A stretch of DNA of 64,000 nucleotides from Candidatus Omnitrophota bacterium (lineage in GTDB: Bacteria > Omnitrophota > Gorgyraeia > Zapsychrales > Zapsychraceae), in contig JANQMA010000042.1 of assembly GCA_028280285.1 (NCBI GenBank), positions 3,572 to 67,571 on the forward strand, given 5' to 3'. The translations under genes and the position numbers were made by a program. Each line of letters begins with the position of its first letter. The first letter of the stretch is position 1. The notes under the pieces were generated by a model. The model saw only the letters and a list, made by a program, of their open reading frames with translations, did no database searches and was not told the DNA's origin. Shown here piece after piece: positions 48,428 through 57,483 of this stretch.

Positions 48428-49095
48428 GATTGAATTTGTCCGTCTTTAAGCAGGATAAGCCGCTTGGCACGATCCATTATATCTTTGTCATGGGTTGAAA
48501 AGATAAATGTTGTTGTATGTTCTTCATTGAGTTTGAGCATCAGTTCAATGAGAGAGGCTGAGGTTTTTGAATCAAGGTTTGCTGTCGGTTCATCGGCCAT
48601 AATCACTTTCGGTTTTGTCACAATCGAGCGGGCAACCGCAACACGCTGTTGCTGTCCGCCGCTTAATTGATTAGGGAAGCGCGTTAAATAATCGCCAAGT
48701 CCAACTTGTTCCAGTATATCAATGGCGCGCAGCCGGCGTTGTTTAGCCGATATGTTTTGCAATAGTAAAGGATACTCGACATTTTCAATTGCCGTTAGGG
48801 TATTGATTAAATTATAGGCCTGAAAAATAAAACCGATGGTATGGAGACGAAAATAAGACAGCTGTTTTTCATTAAGTGTTGAGAGATTCTCTTCATTAAA
48901 GATCACCTCACCGCTGCTCGGTGCATCTAGTGCACTGAGGATATTAAGCAAAGAAGATTTGCCGCTTCCTGACGGGCCGGCGATCGCCGTGAATTCACCG
49001 CGTTCAATGGTAAAACTAACATCATTAAGCGCAGGCGTTGTTATGCCGCCAGAGGTCTTGTAGGTTTTGGTTAAATTATTAACTTGAATAAGCAT
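48424..49095 (-). CDS. ABC transporter ATP-binding protein (LolD/MacB-type)
   Basis: Walker A GPSGSGKSS, signature LSGGQQQRVAVAR, Walker B VIMADEPT. Confidence 0.85.
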   Translation of the reverse strand: MLIQVNNLTKTYKTSGGITTPALNDVSFTIERGEFTAIAGPSGSGKSSLLNILSALDAPSSGEVIFNEENLSTLNEKQLSYFRLHTIGFIFQAYNLINTLTAIENVEYPLLLQNISAKQRRLRAIDILEQVGLGDYLTRFPNQLSGGQQQRVAVARSIVTKPKVIMADEPTANLDSKTSASLIELMLKLNEEHTTTFIFSTHDKDIMDRAKRLILLKDGQIQS

Positions 49096-49099
49096 AGTA

Positions 49100-50060
49100 A
49101 TTAAAAAGTAAAAAAGAAAAATTAAAAGAGAAAATTAAAAAATTAAAATTGAAAAATGTATTTGGTCGTTAGTAATTGGTAATTATGTTAAACGGTTAAG
49201 TTTAAAAAAGTTGAAAATTTTACTAATATTATATTTTTCAAGTATATTTTTAAGACAGCCTTTAATTCCAAGTACTAATTACCAAGGCTCTAGACTAGCA
49301 GGGTAGTATCTGATAGTCTGGAAGCCTATGTTAAATAATAAGTTAACAAAATATAAGATTAAAAAAATTATACGTTGCTTTTGCTTCGATATTAATGCAA
49401 CTAAAACAGCTCTTTTACTCAATGTCAATCGTAATACAATTAACCGATACTTTAATCTCTTTCGGCAAAAAATATTTGAACACCAAACCAAAGAGTTTAA
49501 ACGTATACTTGGTAGTGTTGAAATAGACGAAAGTTACTTTGGTGCCAAGCGCCCACGCGGAGTTCCATCAAAATGCGGTCGTGGCACTCATCGTCAACCA
49601 GTATTCGGCATCTATGATCGTAATGGTCGTGTTTATACTGAAATAATACCAAACTGTAACCGTAAAACACTACGAAATATGATCTTAGGAAAAATAGACT
49701 CAAAGAGCGAAATTATTTCTGACTGCTGGAGCGGTTATGATGGCCTTGTTGATCTTGGATATAATAAGCATTTCCGTATTAACCATGATAAACACTTTTC
49801 AGCAAATAAAGCCCATATAAATGGCATCGAATCTTTTTGGAGTTTTACAAAAAGACGGCTATCTCAATTTAACGGTTATAAAGTTAATTTTCACCTCCAT
49901 CTCAAAGAATCAGAATGGAGATTTAATAAAAACCATGATATGTTAATCAAAGAGCTTGAGGCTTTAGTTTTTTAATTTTTGCTAGTCTAGAGCCTTACCA
50001 ATTACCAAATACAATTTTTATTTTTTCATTTTCACTCTTATTTTTTTACTTCTCATTTTT
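49100..50060 (+). mobile_element. IS1595-family insertion sequence (~0.96 kb) with imperfect terminal inverted repeats of about 50 bp
   Basis: Left end ...gtaaaaaagaaaaattaaaagagaaaattaaaaaattaaaattgaaaaatgtatttgg. The reverse complement of the right end is gtaaaaaaataagagtgaaaatgaaaaaataaaaattgtatttgg. Inner inverted repeat AAGGCTCTAGACTAGC at 49289-49304 and 49992-50007. Encloses a DDE transposase. Confidence 0.65.
49328..49975 (+). CDS. IS1595-family DDE transposase
   Basis: DDE triad context EIDESYF, ISDCWSGYDG, INGIESFWS. N-terminal HTH. 215 aa. Confidence 0.75.
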   Translation: MLNNKLTKYKIKKIIRCFCFDINATKTALLLNVNRNTINRYFNLFRQKIFEHQTKEFKRILGSVEIDESYFGAKRPRGVPSKCGRGTHRQPVFGIYDRNGRVYTEIIPNCNRKTLRNMILGKIDSKSEIISDCWSGYDGLVDLGYNKHFRINHDKHFSANKAHINGIESFWSFTKRRLSQFNGYKVNFHLHLKESEWRFNKNHDMLIKELEALVF

Positions 50061-51282
50061 AAATTGTCCTTATAGCCTCAACAGGCCTCAACTTTGATGC
50101 GTACCACGCCGGATAAATCGAGACGAGGCAGCTTATCACCAGGGTAACGGCCGTACAAATCATGGTAAATCCTAAATGAAACCTAGGTTTAATCACTGCA
50201 TCCATATAAAAAGATGTCAGGGCACTTGTAAAAGAAGAGAGATCCACCCCAGCCTGGGCAAAATACACGGATGTAAAATAACCTAAACTAACACCAAAAA
50301 CACATCCTAATAGTCCTAGTAAAAATGACTCTAAGCCGATCATTTGAATGATCTGTGGTGGGCGCGTCCCGACGGCAAGTAAGATGCCGAATTCGCGTGT
50401 CCGTTCAAGCACACCCATTAGCACTGTATTAAGAATACCGATCGCCACAACAATCATCACAATAATTAAGATCACGAAGACAAAGGCATTATCGAATTCG
50501 ATCCATTGTTTAAGAGACGGCGATATCTTTGACCATGGTAAAACTTCGAGTTCAGGGTTGTTTAGTTTATCTTGAATGGTTTGAGCTTTAGTTTCAGCGG
50601 TGCTGATATCCTCGACACGCAGACCGATATCGGTTACGCCACTCAGCACAAATAATTCTTGCGCGGCTTTAAGATGAATGACCGCAAGGCTTTTATCTAC
50701 TTCGTCCACTCCAGAATTAATAAGCCCCTTAATATAATAAGCGCCGGCCGCAATACTCCCGTCAATGGCCTGCGACATGATTACTACCTTTTCATCAAGG
50801 CCGATATTAAGATTTTGAGCGAGCCCCTTGCCGAGCACAATATCTTTAGCATTATTTTCTTCTAAAAATGATCCTTCTTTAACATGTTTATGCAGCTTGC
50901 TGATATTTTTTTCTTCGATAGGATCAACACCTAAAATCATCACCCCATGAGAACTTTCCGATGAGCTAATCAAACCGGCCGCACGGATACGTTTCGATAA
51001 ATGCACCGTAGGATTTTGAGTCTTGATGGTTTGTATAATCGCATTACTATCGGAAATATAGTTTTCAATCTTGGGATTATCGTGAAAACCTTTTTGGGAT
51101 ATTTCGATTTGGCTGGTAGTCAGCGCCGTGTAGTTGCGGATCATCGCTTCATGCGCACCTTCAATAAAAGACCAGATAAAAATAATCGCACCCAAGCCAA
51201 AACCGATGGCGGATATGGTGATCAGAGATCGTTTTTTATTACGCATGATATTACGCCATGCAATCCGGATAAAGGTAGTCAT
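50059..51282 (-). CDS. ABC transporter permease (FtsX/LolE-like)
   Basis: N-terminal TM, large periplasmic domain, C-terminal 3-TM FtsX bundle. The probable start is MTTFIRIAWRNI. Its stop overlaps the right end of the IS. Confidence 0.75.
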   Translation of the reverse strand: MTTFIRIAWRNIMRNKKRSLITISAIGFGLGAIIFIWSFIEGAHEAMIRNYTALTTSQIEISQKGFHDNPKIENYISDSNAIIQTIKTQNPTVHLSKRIRAAGLISSSESSHGVMILGVDPIEEKNISKLHKHVKEGSFLEENNAKDIVLGKGLAQNLNIGLDEKVVIMSQAIDGSIAAGAYYIKGLINSGVDEVDKSLAVIHLKAAQELFVLSGVTDIGLRVEDISTAETKAQTIQDKLNNPELEVLPWSKISPSLKQWIEFDNAFVFVILIIVMIVVAIGILNTVLMGVLERTREFGILLAVGTRPPQIIQMIGLESFLLGLLGCVFGVSLGYFTSVYFAQAGVDLSSFTSALTSFYMDAVIKPRFHLGFTMICTAVTLVISCLVSIYPAWYASKLRPVEAIRTI

Positions 51283-51439
51283 AGTAAAGGAAAAATTTGA
51301 TAAGCCTGTGTAAAGTTTAATGTTTAGTGTTTGAAACAAGTAAACCTTTTTTAAACTTTAAACTATAAACATTAAACAGAATTGTCTACATTACTCTTAC
51401 TATTAATATTGTATATCATCCCGTTGTCTTGAAAACGCA

Positions 51440-52198
51440 TTATTGAACTTTTTTTAAGTAAGGTAGAGAAAAGATATTATCTTCGATAGGTGTATTATAG
51501 GTGACATCGATTAATTTGATAATGGTTTGATGGCCTTCTTTGACCATTGATTTCATGGTCCATGTCTTAGGGATCATGCGGTCTGATACTTGTGCGATAT
51601 CGGAATATTCCAAGATTTTGATGAGCTTACCCCGCTCATTGTAGTACTCTTCTTTGAGCGGCACATAATCATTTTTACGGATAACCCTGATCAATTTTCC
51701 CCAGATAACCGGGGCATCCTCTTTGGGGGTAAATTCCACTGTGTAGGCATCATCTGTCTCAGCAATAATGGCATGGGTATAATCATTGATTATGCTGCTT
51801 TCGCGCACCAAGTCATCATTGGCAAAATCGCTGCCCATCCAGGGCTGAAGCATCATCGAAGGGGGGATTTTGATGATTCGCTCGACTTTGGGTAGATAAT
51901 TCCACATTTCATTTTCGATCCTAAGTGTCCCAATACCAGCCTCTTTGGGAGGATTGAGGATACGAATAAATGCCTTATCGCGGTTTTTCATGTATACTTG
52001 TAATGTGAGTTGCCGTTGCCACTTAGGGGTGATCACCTGCATGGTATAGGTGCCCTGATTTGTGTGGCCGCGCATTAGGTCATCTGAGGCCTTAACAATG
52101 TCGCGGGCAGTTAAAGGGCCCTGTGCAAAGCCCGCTGAAGGGAGGATCAAAAGACCTGAAATAAGGATAAAAATTTGTGCTATCTTCATAATTGACAT
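51440..52198 (-). CDS. LolA-like outer-membrane lipoprotein-sorting/carrier protein (exporter-associated)
   Basis: Signal peptide, then a beta-rich domain of about 230 aa resembling LolA-like proteins. It is co-oriented with the ABC exporter. Confidence 0.5.
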   Translation of the reverse strand: MSIMKIAQIFILISGLLILPSAGFAQGPLTARDIVKASDDLMRGHTNQGTYTMQVITPKWQRQLTLQVYMKNRDKAFIRILNPPKEAGIGTLRIENEMWNYLPKVERIIKIPPSMMLQPWMGSDFANDDLVRESSIINDYTHAIIAETDDAYTVEFTPKEDAPVIWGKLIRVIRKNDYVPLKEEYYNERGKLIKILEYSDIAQVSDRMIPKTWTMKSMVKEGHQTIIKLIDVTYNTPIEDNIFSLPYLKKVQ

Positions 52199-52233
52199 AG
52201 TGTTACGGTTATGTTAACATAGCACCAACTATT

Positions 52234-52950
52234 ATGCAAACTTTTATCTTCAAAAAAGTAGACCACTCGGACAGGGCCTTGATGGATGCCATTTTTCACC
52301 TGCGTTACCAAGTATATGCCCACGAGTGCGGGTTTATTAATCCGGCTGATTATGTGGATCAGCGCGAAGTAGACAAATACGATGCGCAATCCGTACATTT
52401 TGCCGCCATCAATCAGGATGATGATGTGGTTGGGACTATGAGAATTATTTTACCGGGTGAATATCCGCTTCCGATCCAAACACATTGCCCCGATATTCAA
52501 ATCGATCAAGATCCGCGTGAGCAATTGCCGCAAATCCAATTTGGCGAAATTTCAAGGCTTGTTATTAGCAAGCACCTGAGAAGGCGTAAAAATGATGGAC
52601 AGTACTACGAGCCGCAAATTGAAGATAAAGAAGTAGAGAATGCCTCTGGAGAGAAGTTTCTGCGTCGTTCAAAACCAATGGCGTTCGGATTATACCGGGA
52701 GATGTATCAAGAGTCCAAACGTTTAGGTATCACACACTGGTACACACTTATGGAAAAAAGCCTTTGGTTACTTTTACGCATCCATGGATTTACATTTGAG
52801 TGCATTGGCGAGACGGTAGATGTGTATGGTCCGGTTAATCCTTATATTGGTAAAGTTGAAAGCATTGAATTAGAAATCCAAAGAAAATTTCCTCAATTTT
52901 ATGAATATCTCTTGCAAGAGCAGGACGCCGAGAGAGATACAATTATTTAG
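52234..52950 (+). CDS. N-acyl amino acid synthase-like GNAT (FeeM/autoinducer-synthase fold; PEP-CTERM/exosortase-associated type)
   Basis: FHLRYQVYAHECGF and GTMRIILPGEYPLP motifs. 238 aa. Divergently transcribed from the LolA-ABC operon. Confidence 0.55.
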   Translation: MQTFIFKKVDHSDRALMDAIFHLRYQVYAHECGFINPADYVDQREVDKYDAQSVHFAAINQDDDVVGTMRIILPGEYPLPIQTHCPDIQIDQDPREQLPQIQFGEISRLVISKHLRRRKNDGQYYEPQIEDKEVENASGEKFLRRSKPMAFGLYREMYQESKRLGITHWYTLMEKSLWLLLRIHGFTFECIGETVDVYGPVNPYIGKVESIELEIQRKFPQFYEYLLQEQDAERDTII

Positions 52951-52963
52951 CCGTTAGGGTTTT

Positions 52964-55558
52964 ATGGCCACTTTGCCACAAGACATTTTTACTGTCTTTC
53001 GCGATTCTGCGCAAACATGTTCCAACCAAGCGGCGCTTACATTTAAAGACGCCGACCATAGTTATACAAGCTATTCCTACCAAGAGCTTTCGATTAAAAT
53101 TCAAAATTTTGTCGCCACCTTAAACGAATATGGGATTGGGAAAGGAGACAAGGTCGCGCTTCTTTTATCCAATCAACCGGAATTCCCCATTGCTTTTTTT
53201 GCGCTTATGTCGCTTGGGGCCATTGCCGTGCCCATAGATGTGCAATACTCACCGAAGCAGGCCGCAGGCATTATGGATCATTGTGAGGCCAAATTGCTTT
53301 TATCAACTACCCATCTCTATAATAATGTTCATGAGAGACTTCATATTGATGTTTGCTTAATCGATCAGCTTAATTGGAAAGACAATGTCCAACCGATTGA
53401 CCATATTGATGTCGATCCGGATGACACGGCCGTGATCTTTTATACATCAGGGACAACCTCAGCTCCGAAAGGAGTGCAGCTTTCGCATCATAATATCTTG
53501 ACGAACTATCAGGCGTTGGCCCGGTTTGGGCTTATGAGCCAGAGGGACGTGTTTATCTCAATTTTGCCACTTCACCATGCCTACGCGTTTACAACGACAA
53601 TGTTGTCCCCCCTTTTAATGGGGGCCCATATTGCTTTTGTTAAAGGTCTTTCTTCAAAAGAACTTTTAGAATGTATGAATGCTGTCGGTGTGACTGTGTT
53701 TATCGGTGTTCCGCAGTTATTTATGTTATTGCATCGTTCTGTTTGTGAGCAGCTCAACAAGTTAGGCTTTTTCCAAAGGTCGTTGGTTGAATTGACCGGC
53801 CTTTTTAAAAGGAAACTCAAAAAGAAATTTGGCGGGAGTTTACGTATTATGGTGTGTGGCGGAGCGAAAATTGATACCCAGATTGCCCGGGATTTCGATG
53901 CGTGGGGATTCAGCTTTTTAGAAGGTTATGGATTGACAGAGACCGCGCCGGTGGTCAGTTTTAATACAATTGCGGAAAGAAAGTTTGGGTCGGTGGGCAG
54001 ACCGTTAGAAGGGGTTGAGGTGAAGATCGAAAGTCCTGATGATGAGGGGATCGGCGAGGTCCTTGTACGCGGAGGCAATGTAATGCAGGGGTATTATAAG
54101 GACCAAAAGAAAACCGATCAGGTGATTATCGACGGATGGTTTCATACGGGAGATTTGGGGTATTGCGACAAAGATGGATTTTTGTTTTTAACTGGACGTA
54201 AGACGGAAATGATTGTCTTGCCGTCGGGTAAAAATATTTTTCCTGATGAAGTGGAGCAAGAGTACGGCACAACGCCCTTTGTAAAGGAAATAGGGGTGTT
54301 GGAATATGCGGATGAAATCGTTGCGCTTATAAAACCGGATGAAAGCTATTTTAAAAAGCAAGGTGTTGTTCAAATTCGCGACCGTCTTAAATGGGAGATT
54401 GATAATATCTCCGAGGGACTCCCATCATATAAACGGTTAAAAGGATTTAAAGTTATAACCGATGATTTGCCACGCACGCGTCTGGGAAAATTAAAAAGAT
54501 ATGAGTTGGTTGGTATTTATGCACAGGAGCAGGACAGGGCCTTAGAAAAAAATACAGAGTTATCCAAAGCAGATAAGAAAATATTAACATCGCTTAAAGA
54601 GCGCGCGCTTGTCATTATGGTCGAGAAAATGAAAAGAGAGGTTAAATTATCTGATCATCTTGAATTAGATTTGGGGCTTGACTCGTTAAATAGGGTTGAA
54701 TTTCTTCTGGAATTACAAGAAGGGCTCAACCTGACGCTTGATGATGAAATGATGGAAAAGTTTTTTCGTTGCATGACTATCGGTGAGCTTCTTGAAACAT
54801 TGGAAGAGTGTGTCGGAGAAAATTTTAATGATAATAAGGCTTCTTCGCAACGCGTTCAGTGGCATGCCCTTCTCGATGAGGAATTAGCAGAAGATACAAA
54901 GTGTAAGATAAAGCTTAAATTTGGCTTTTTCAGTACTTTTTTTAATTTTGTTCTGGTTATATTGATTAAACTGCTTTGTCGAATTTTCTTTTCTTTAGAG
55001 GTCCATGGTCGTGAACATTTGCAAAAAGATAGGCCTTTTGTTTTGTGTCCCAATCATGTGAGCTATCTTGATGCACTTTTATTGGTTGCGGCTTTACCGA
55101 TGAGTGTTGTTATGCAAACATACTTTTTAGGTTTGAATATGTTTTTTGAAAATGCATTGATCAGGCCGTTTATATCAGTAATGCGGCTTATTCCGATTGA
55201 GATTAATTATAATTTGGTTGAGGCGCTTAAGTCGTGTGTATACGTTTATAAATCTGATAAAAATATTTGTTATTTTCCGGAGGGGCAGCGTTCAATCGAT
55301 GGGGAAGTGCAGGACTTTAAAAAGGGAATAGGCATTCTTGTATCAGAATTTCAGATACCGGTTATCCCGGTTTTTATCAAAGGGGCTTTCGAGGTTTGGC
55401 CCAGGACGCGCAAATGGCCGCAGCCTGGCAAGGTGACGGTTACATTTGGCTCTGTTCAGGATTATGGTAGGCAGTGTTCGGCAGCAGAGGCAGCGGATGA
55501 GCGCTATGTGGATATTGCCCGTCGACTGCGTAATGAAGTTCTTAGCTTGCGTGGATGA
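52964..55558 (+). CDS. Tridomain acyl-CoA/ACP ligase (AMP-binding) - acyl-carrier-protein - lysophospholipid acyltransferase (PlsC) fusion
   Basis: Domain 1 (AMP-binding): FYTSGTTSAPKGV, YGLTET, TGDLGY. Domain 2 (ACP): phosphopantetheine site LDLGLDSLNRVEF. Domain 3 (PlsC): HX4D PNHVSYLD and FPEGQRS. Confidence 0.8.
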   Translation: MATLPQDIFTVFRDSAQTCSNQAALTFKDADHSYTSYSYQELSIKIQNFVATLNEYGIGKGDKVALLLSNQPEFPIAFFALMSLGAIAVPIDVQYSPKQAAGIMDHCEAKLLLSTTHLYNNVHERLHIDVCLIDQLNWKDNVQPIDHIDVDPDDTAVIFYTSGTTSAPKGVQLSHHNILTNYQALARFGLMSQRDVFISILPLHHAYAFTTTMLSPLLMGAHIAFVKGLSSKELLECMNAVGVTVFIGVPQLFMLLHRSVCEQLNKLGFFQRSLVELTGLFKRKLKKKFGGSLRIMVCGGAKIDTQIARDFDAWGFSFLEGYGLTETAPVVSFNTIAERKFGSVGRPLEGVEVKIESPDDEGIGEVLVRGGNVMQGYYKDQKKTDQVIIDGWFHTGDLGYCDKDGFLFLTGRKTEMIVLPSGKNIFPDEVEQEYGTTPFVKEIGVLEYADEIVALIKPDESYFKKQGVVQIRDRLKWEIDNISEGLPSYKRLKGFKVITDDLPRTRLGKLKRYELVGIYAQEQDRALEKNTELSKADKKILTSLKERALVIMVEKMKREVKLSDHLELDLGLDSLNRVEFLLELQEGLNLTLDDEMMEKFFRCMTIGELLETLEECVGENFNDNKASSQRVQWHALLDEELAEDTKCKIKLKFGFFSTFFNFVLVILIKLLCRIFFSLEVHGREHLQKDRPFVLCPNHVSYLDALLLVAALPMSVVMQTYFLGLNMFFENALIRPFISVMRLIPIEINYNLVEALKSCVYVYKSDKNICYFPEGQRSIDGEVQDFKKGIGILVSEFQIPVIPVFIKGAFEVWPRTRKWPQPGKVTVTFGSVQDYGRQCSAAEAADERYVDIARRLRNEVLSLRG

Positions 55559-55644
55559 TGATCTAGGTGTCTATTCAATTGACACTTAATATAAGGCGTG
55601 ATAGCCTTATATGAAATAATTTTAGTATTAAAGGGAGAAATTTT

Positions 55645-56511
55645 ATGGGAAATAAAAAGATATTTCAGAGCTTACGTAATGCGCTTTTAACGCTTGTCAG
55701 TTACCCGCCTGTTTTTATTCCATTTGTTGTTATTGCCTTTGTTCAGCTTGTTGTTTTGGAAATCCTTTATTTTGTACCACGTTACCCGCTTAATATTTTC
55801 TTTGAGCCTATTATTGCTAAGCTTTGGGGAGAGCACTTTCTCCATTACCCATTTAATATTGCTCTTTTACCCAAATTATTTCAATATACGCAGGCCCCAA
55901 TTTATCTATTTGTTACTAGTTTTCTCATAGGGGTTGGAATTAATACTATTTGCAAAATTAACAATGATGAGAAGGTAACATTTGGTGGCGTGTTTAAAGA
56001 TACACTTAAGCATTATGTGCATATTTTTACCGCTGCATTTATTGCGTTTGCCTTGGTATTGGTGTTTTCCGAAGTCTACGAGCTTCTTATCAGAAAGGCG
56101 CTAACAATTGATCCAAGGATCGGAAATAAATATAAACTTAAACTTATTGTTAAAATTTTGATTTTAGAAGGAGCCCCTTATTTTAATCTTTTAGCGAGCG
56201 TCTTTATAACAACTTTGTTTGCCTATGTTATCCCGGTGATTGTTATAGCCAACAAGAAAGTTTTTCCGGCTATAGCAGAGAGTTTTAAAACGTTGTTTGG
56301 TGCCCCGTGGTTTACTTTTATGGTTGTTTTTATTCCTACACTTATCTATGTTCCAATTTTGATGTTGCGTGGGGGGGCAGGTTTAAGTTTTTCTATTCCG
56401 GAAATGAGTATTGTTTTGCTCGTTATTAGTATATTCGCCATGGTATTTATTGATGCGATTATCTATACAACTCTTTCAACATATTATCTAACGAAAAAGG
56501 AACAATCATGA
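55645..56511 (+). CDS. Integral membrane protein, hypothetical
   Basis: 288 aa with 6-8 TM helices and no recognisable motif. Confidence 0.4.
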   Translation: MGNKKIFQSLRNALLTLVSYPPVFIPFVVIAFVQLVVLEILYFVPRYPLNIFFEPIIAKLWGEHFLHYPFNIALLPKLFQYTQAPIYLFVTSFLIGVGINTICKINNDEKVTFGGVFKDTLKHYVHIFTAAFIAFALVLVFSEVYELLIRKALTIDPRIGNKYKLKLIVKILILEGAPYFNLLASVFITTLFAYVIPVIVIANKKVFPAIAESFKTLFGAPWFTFMVVFIPTLIYVPILMLRGGAGLSFSIPEMSIVLLVISIFAMVFIDAIIYTTLSTYYLTKKEQS

Positions 56512-57482
56512 AAAAAATTATAATTGTATTTATCATTATCTTGGCCGCTATTTTTGCTGTTTTGACCTTTATGGGAAAAGAGGGAGGGCATGATGCTGAG
56601 AAGGAATTGTGGAACATAGCCCAAGAATTTAATAAAATAGCTGCCGATCCAGAGGCGACCCCGGATAATGCCTATGATGCGCTTGAGGAAAGGTATGAAC
56701 AGTTTATTAAAAAATATTCTAAGGCAGAAATTGCACCTCAGGCCTATCTTACCTATGCACGGTTAAAGGTACTGCGTAAAGATTATACGGAAGCCAAAAG
56801 ATTGTATGAAGAGCTCATTGCAAAATATCCTGACAATAAAGCCGCTAGTTTGGATGCATTGCTTGAAATCGGTAAAATTCAGACTATTGAAAAAGATGAT
56901 TTGGGTGTTTTGGATACCTATCAACGTGTTATCCGTGATTATCCGACAACAGAGATTGGTCTTAGAACACCGCTTTTGGTAGCGCAGTATTATCTGGACC
57001 GTAAGCAAAACAATCTTGTCGAAAAATCATTTAAAGAAGCGGCGGCGCATTATGAAAAATTGGCTGAGAAGGAAAAGGGCAAGCCCTCAGGATTCTATGC
57101 TCTTCAATACTTAACTGTTTGCTACATTGCGCAACAAAATTGGGATAAGGCCTTGGAAACGTATGAAGCCTCACTGCTGGGATACGCTGATTTAAATGTA
57201 TGGACACCGGAGAGTTTGTTAAAATTGGTCCGTGCCTTAAATACGATTTCGGCTACACAAAAGAAATCTCTAGACTATCCAATTAATCTTTACAGTAAAT
57301 TTATTGAAGAAAAACCAGAGCACCCCTTTACGCCAATTCTTCAAAAGGTCATTGAAACCTTAAAGCAGTTAAAAGCGAAAGGAGCCATTTCTCCTGATAC
57401 GACGGTTGAGTCTTTAAAGCAGGCAGTTGAAGATGCTGCCAATGAAGCGGCGGCGGAAGTTGTCCCTCAAACAACGGAGTAA
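56508..57482 (+). CDS. Membrane-anchored TPR-repeat protein
   Basis: N-terminal TM. TPR-like helical repeats (YLTYARLKV, AKRLYEELIAKYPDNKAA...). A/E-rich tail. Confidence 0.5.
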   Translation: MKKIIIVFIIILAAIFAVLTFMGKEGGHDAEKELWNIAQEFNKIAADPEATPDNAYDALEERYEQFIKKYSKAEIAPQAYLTYARLKVLRKDYTEAKRLYEELIAKYPDNKAASLDALLEIGKIQTIEKDDLGVLDTYQRVIRDYPTTEIGLRTPLLVAQYYLDRKQNNLVEKSFKEAAAHYEKLAEKEKGKPSGFYALQYLTVCYIAQQNWDKALETYEASLLGYADLNVWTPESLLKLVRALNTISATQKKSLDYPINLYSKFIEEKPEHPFTPILQKVIETLKQLKAKGAISPDTTVESLKQAVEDAANEAAAEVVPQTTE

Positions 57483-57483
57483 T

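Noticed and set aside
55593-55614. Inverted repeat TATAAGGCGTGATAGCCTTATA between the tridomain gene and the downstream membrane protein
   Set aside because: Plausibly a simple terminator or operator, but only 8-bp arms with no T-run. Too weak to call as a feature.
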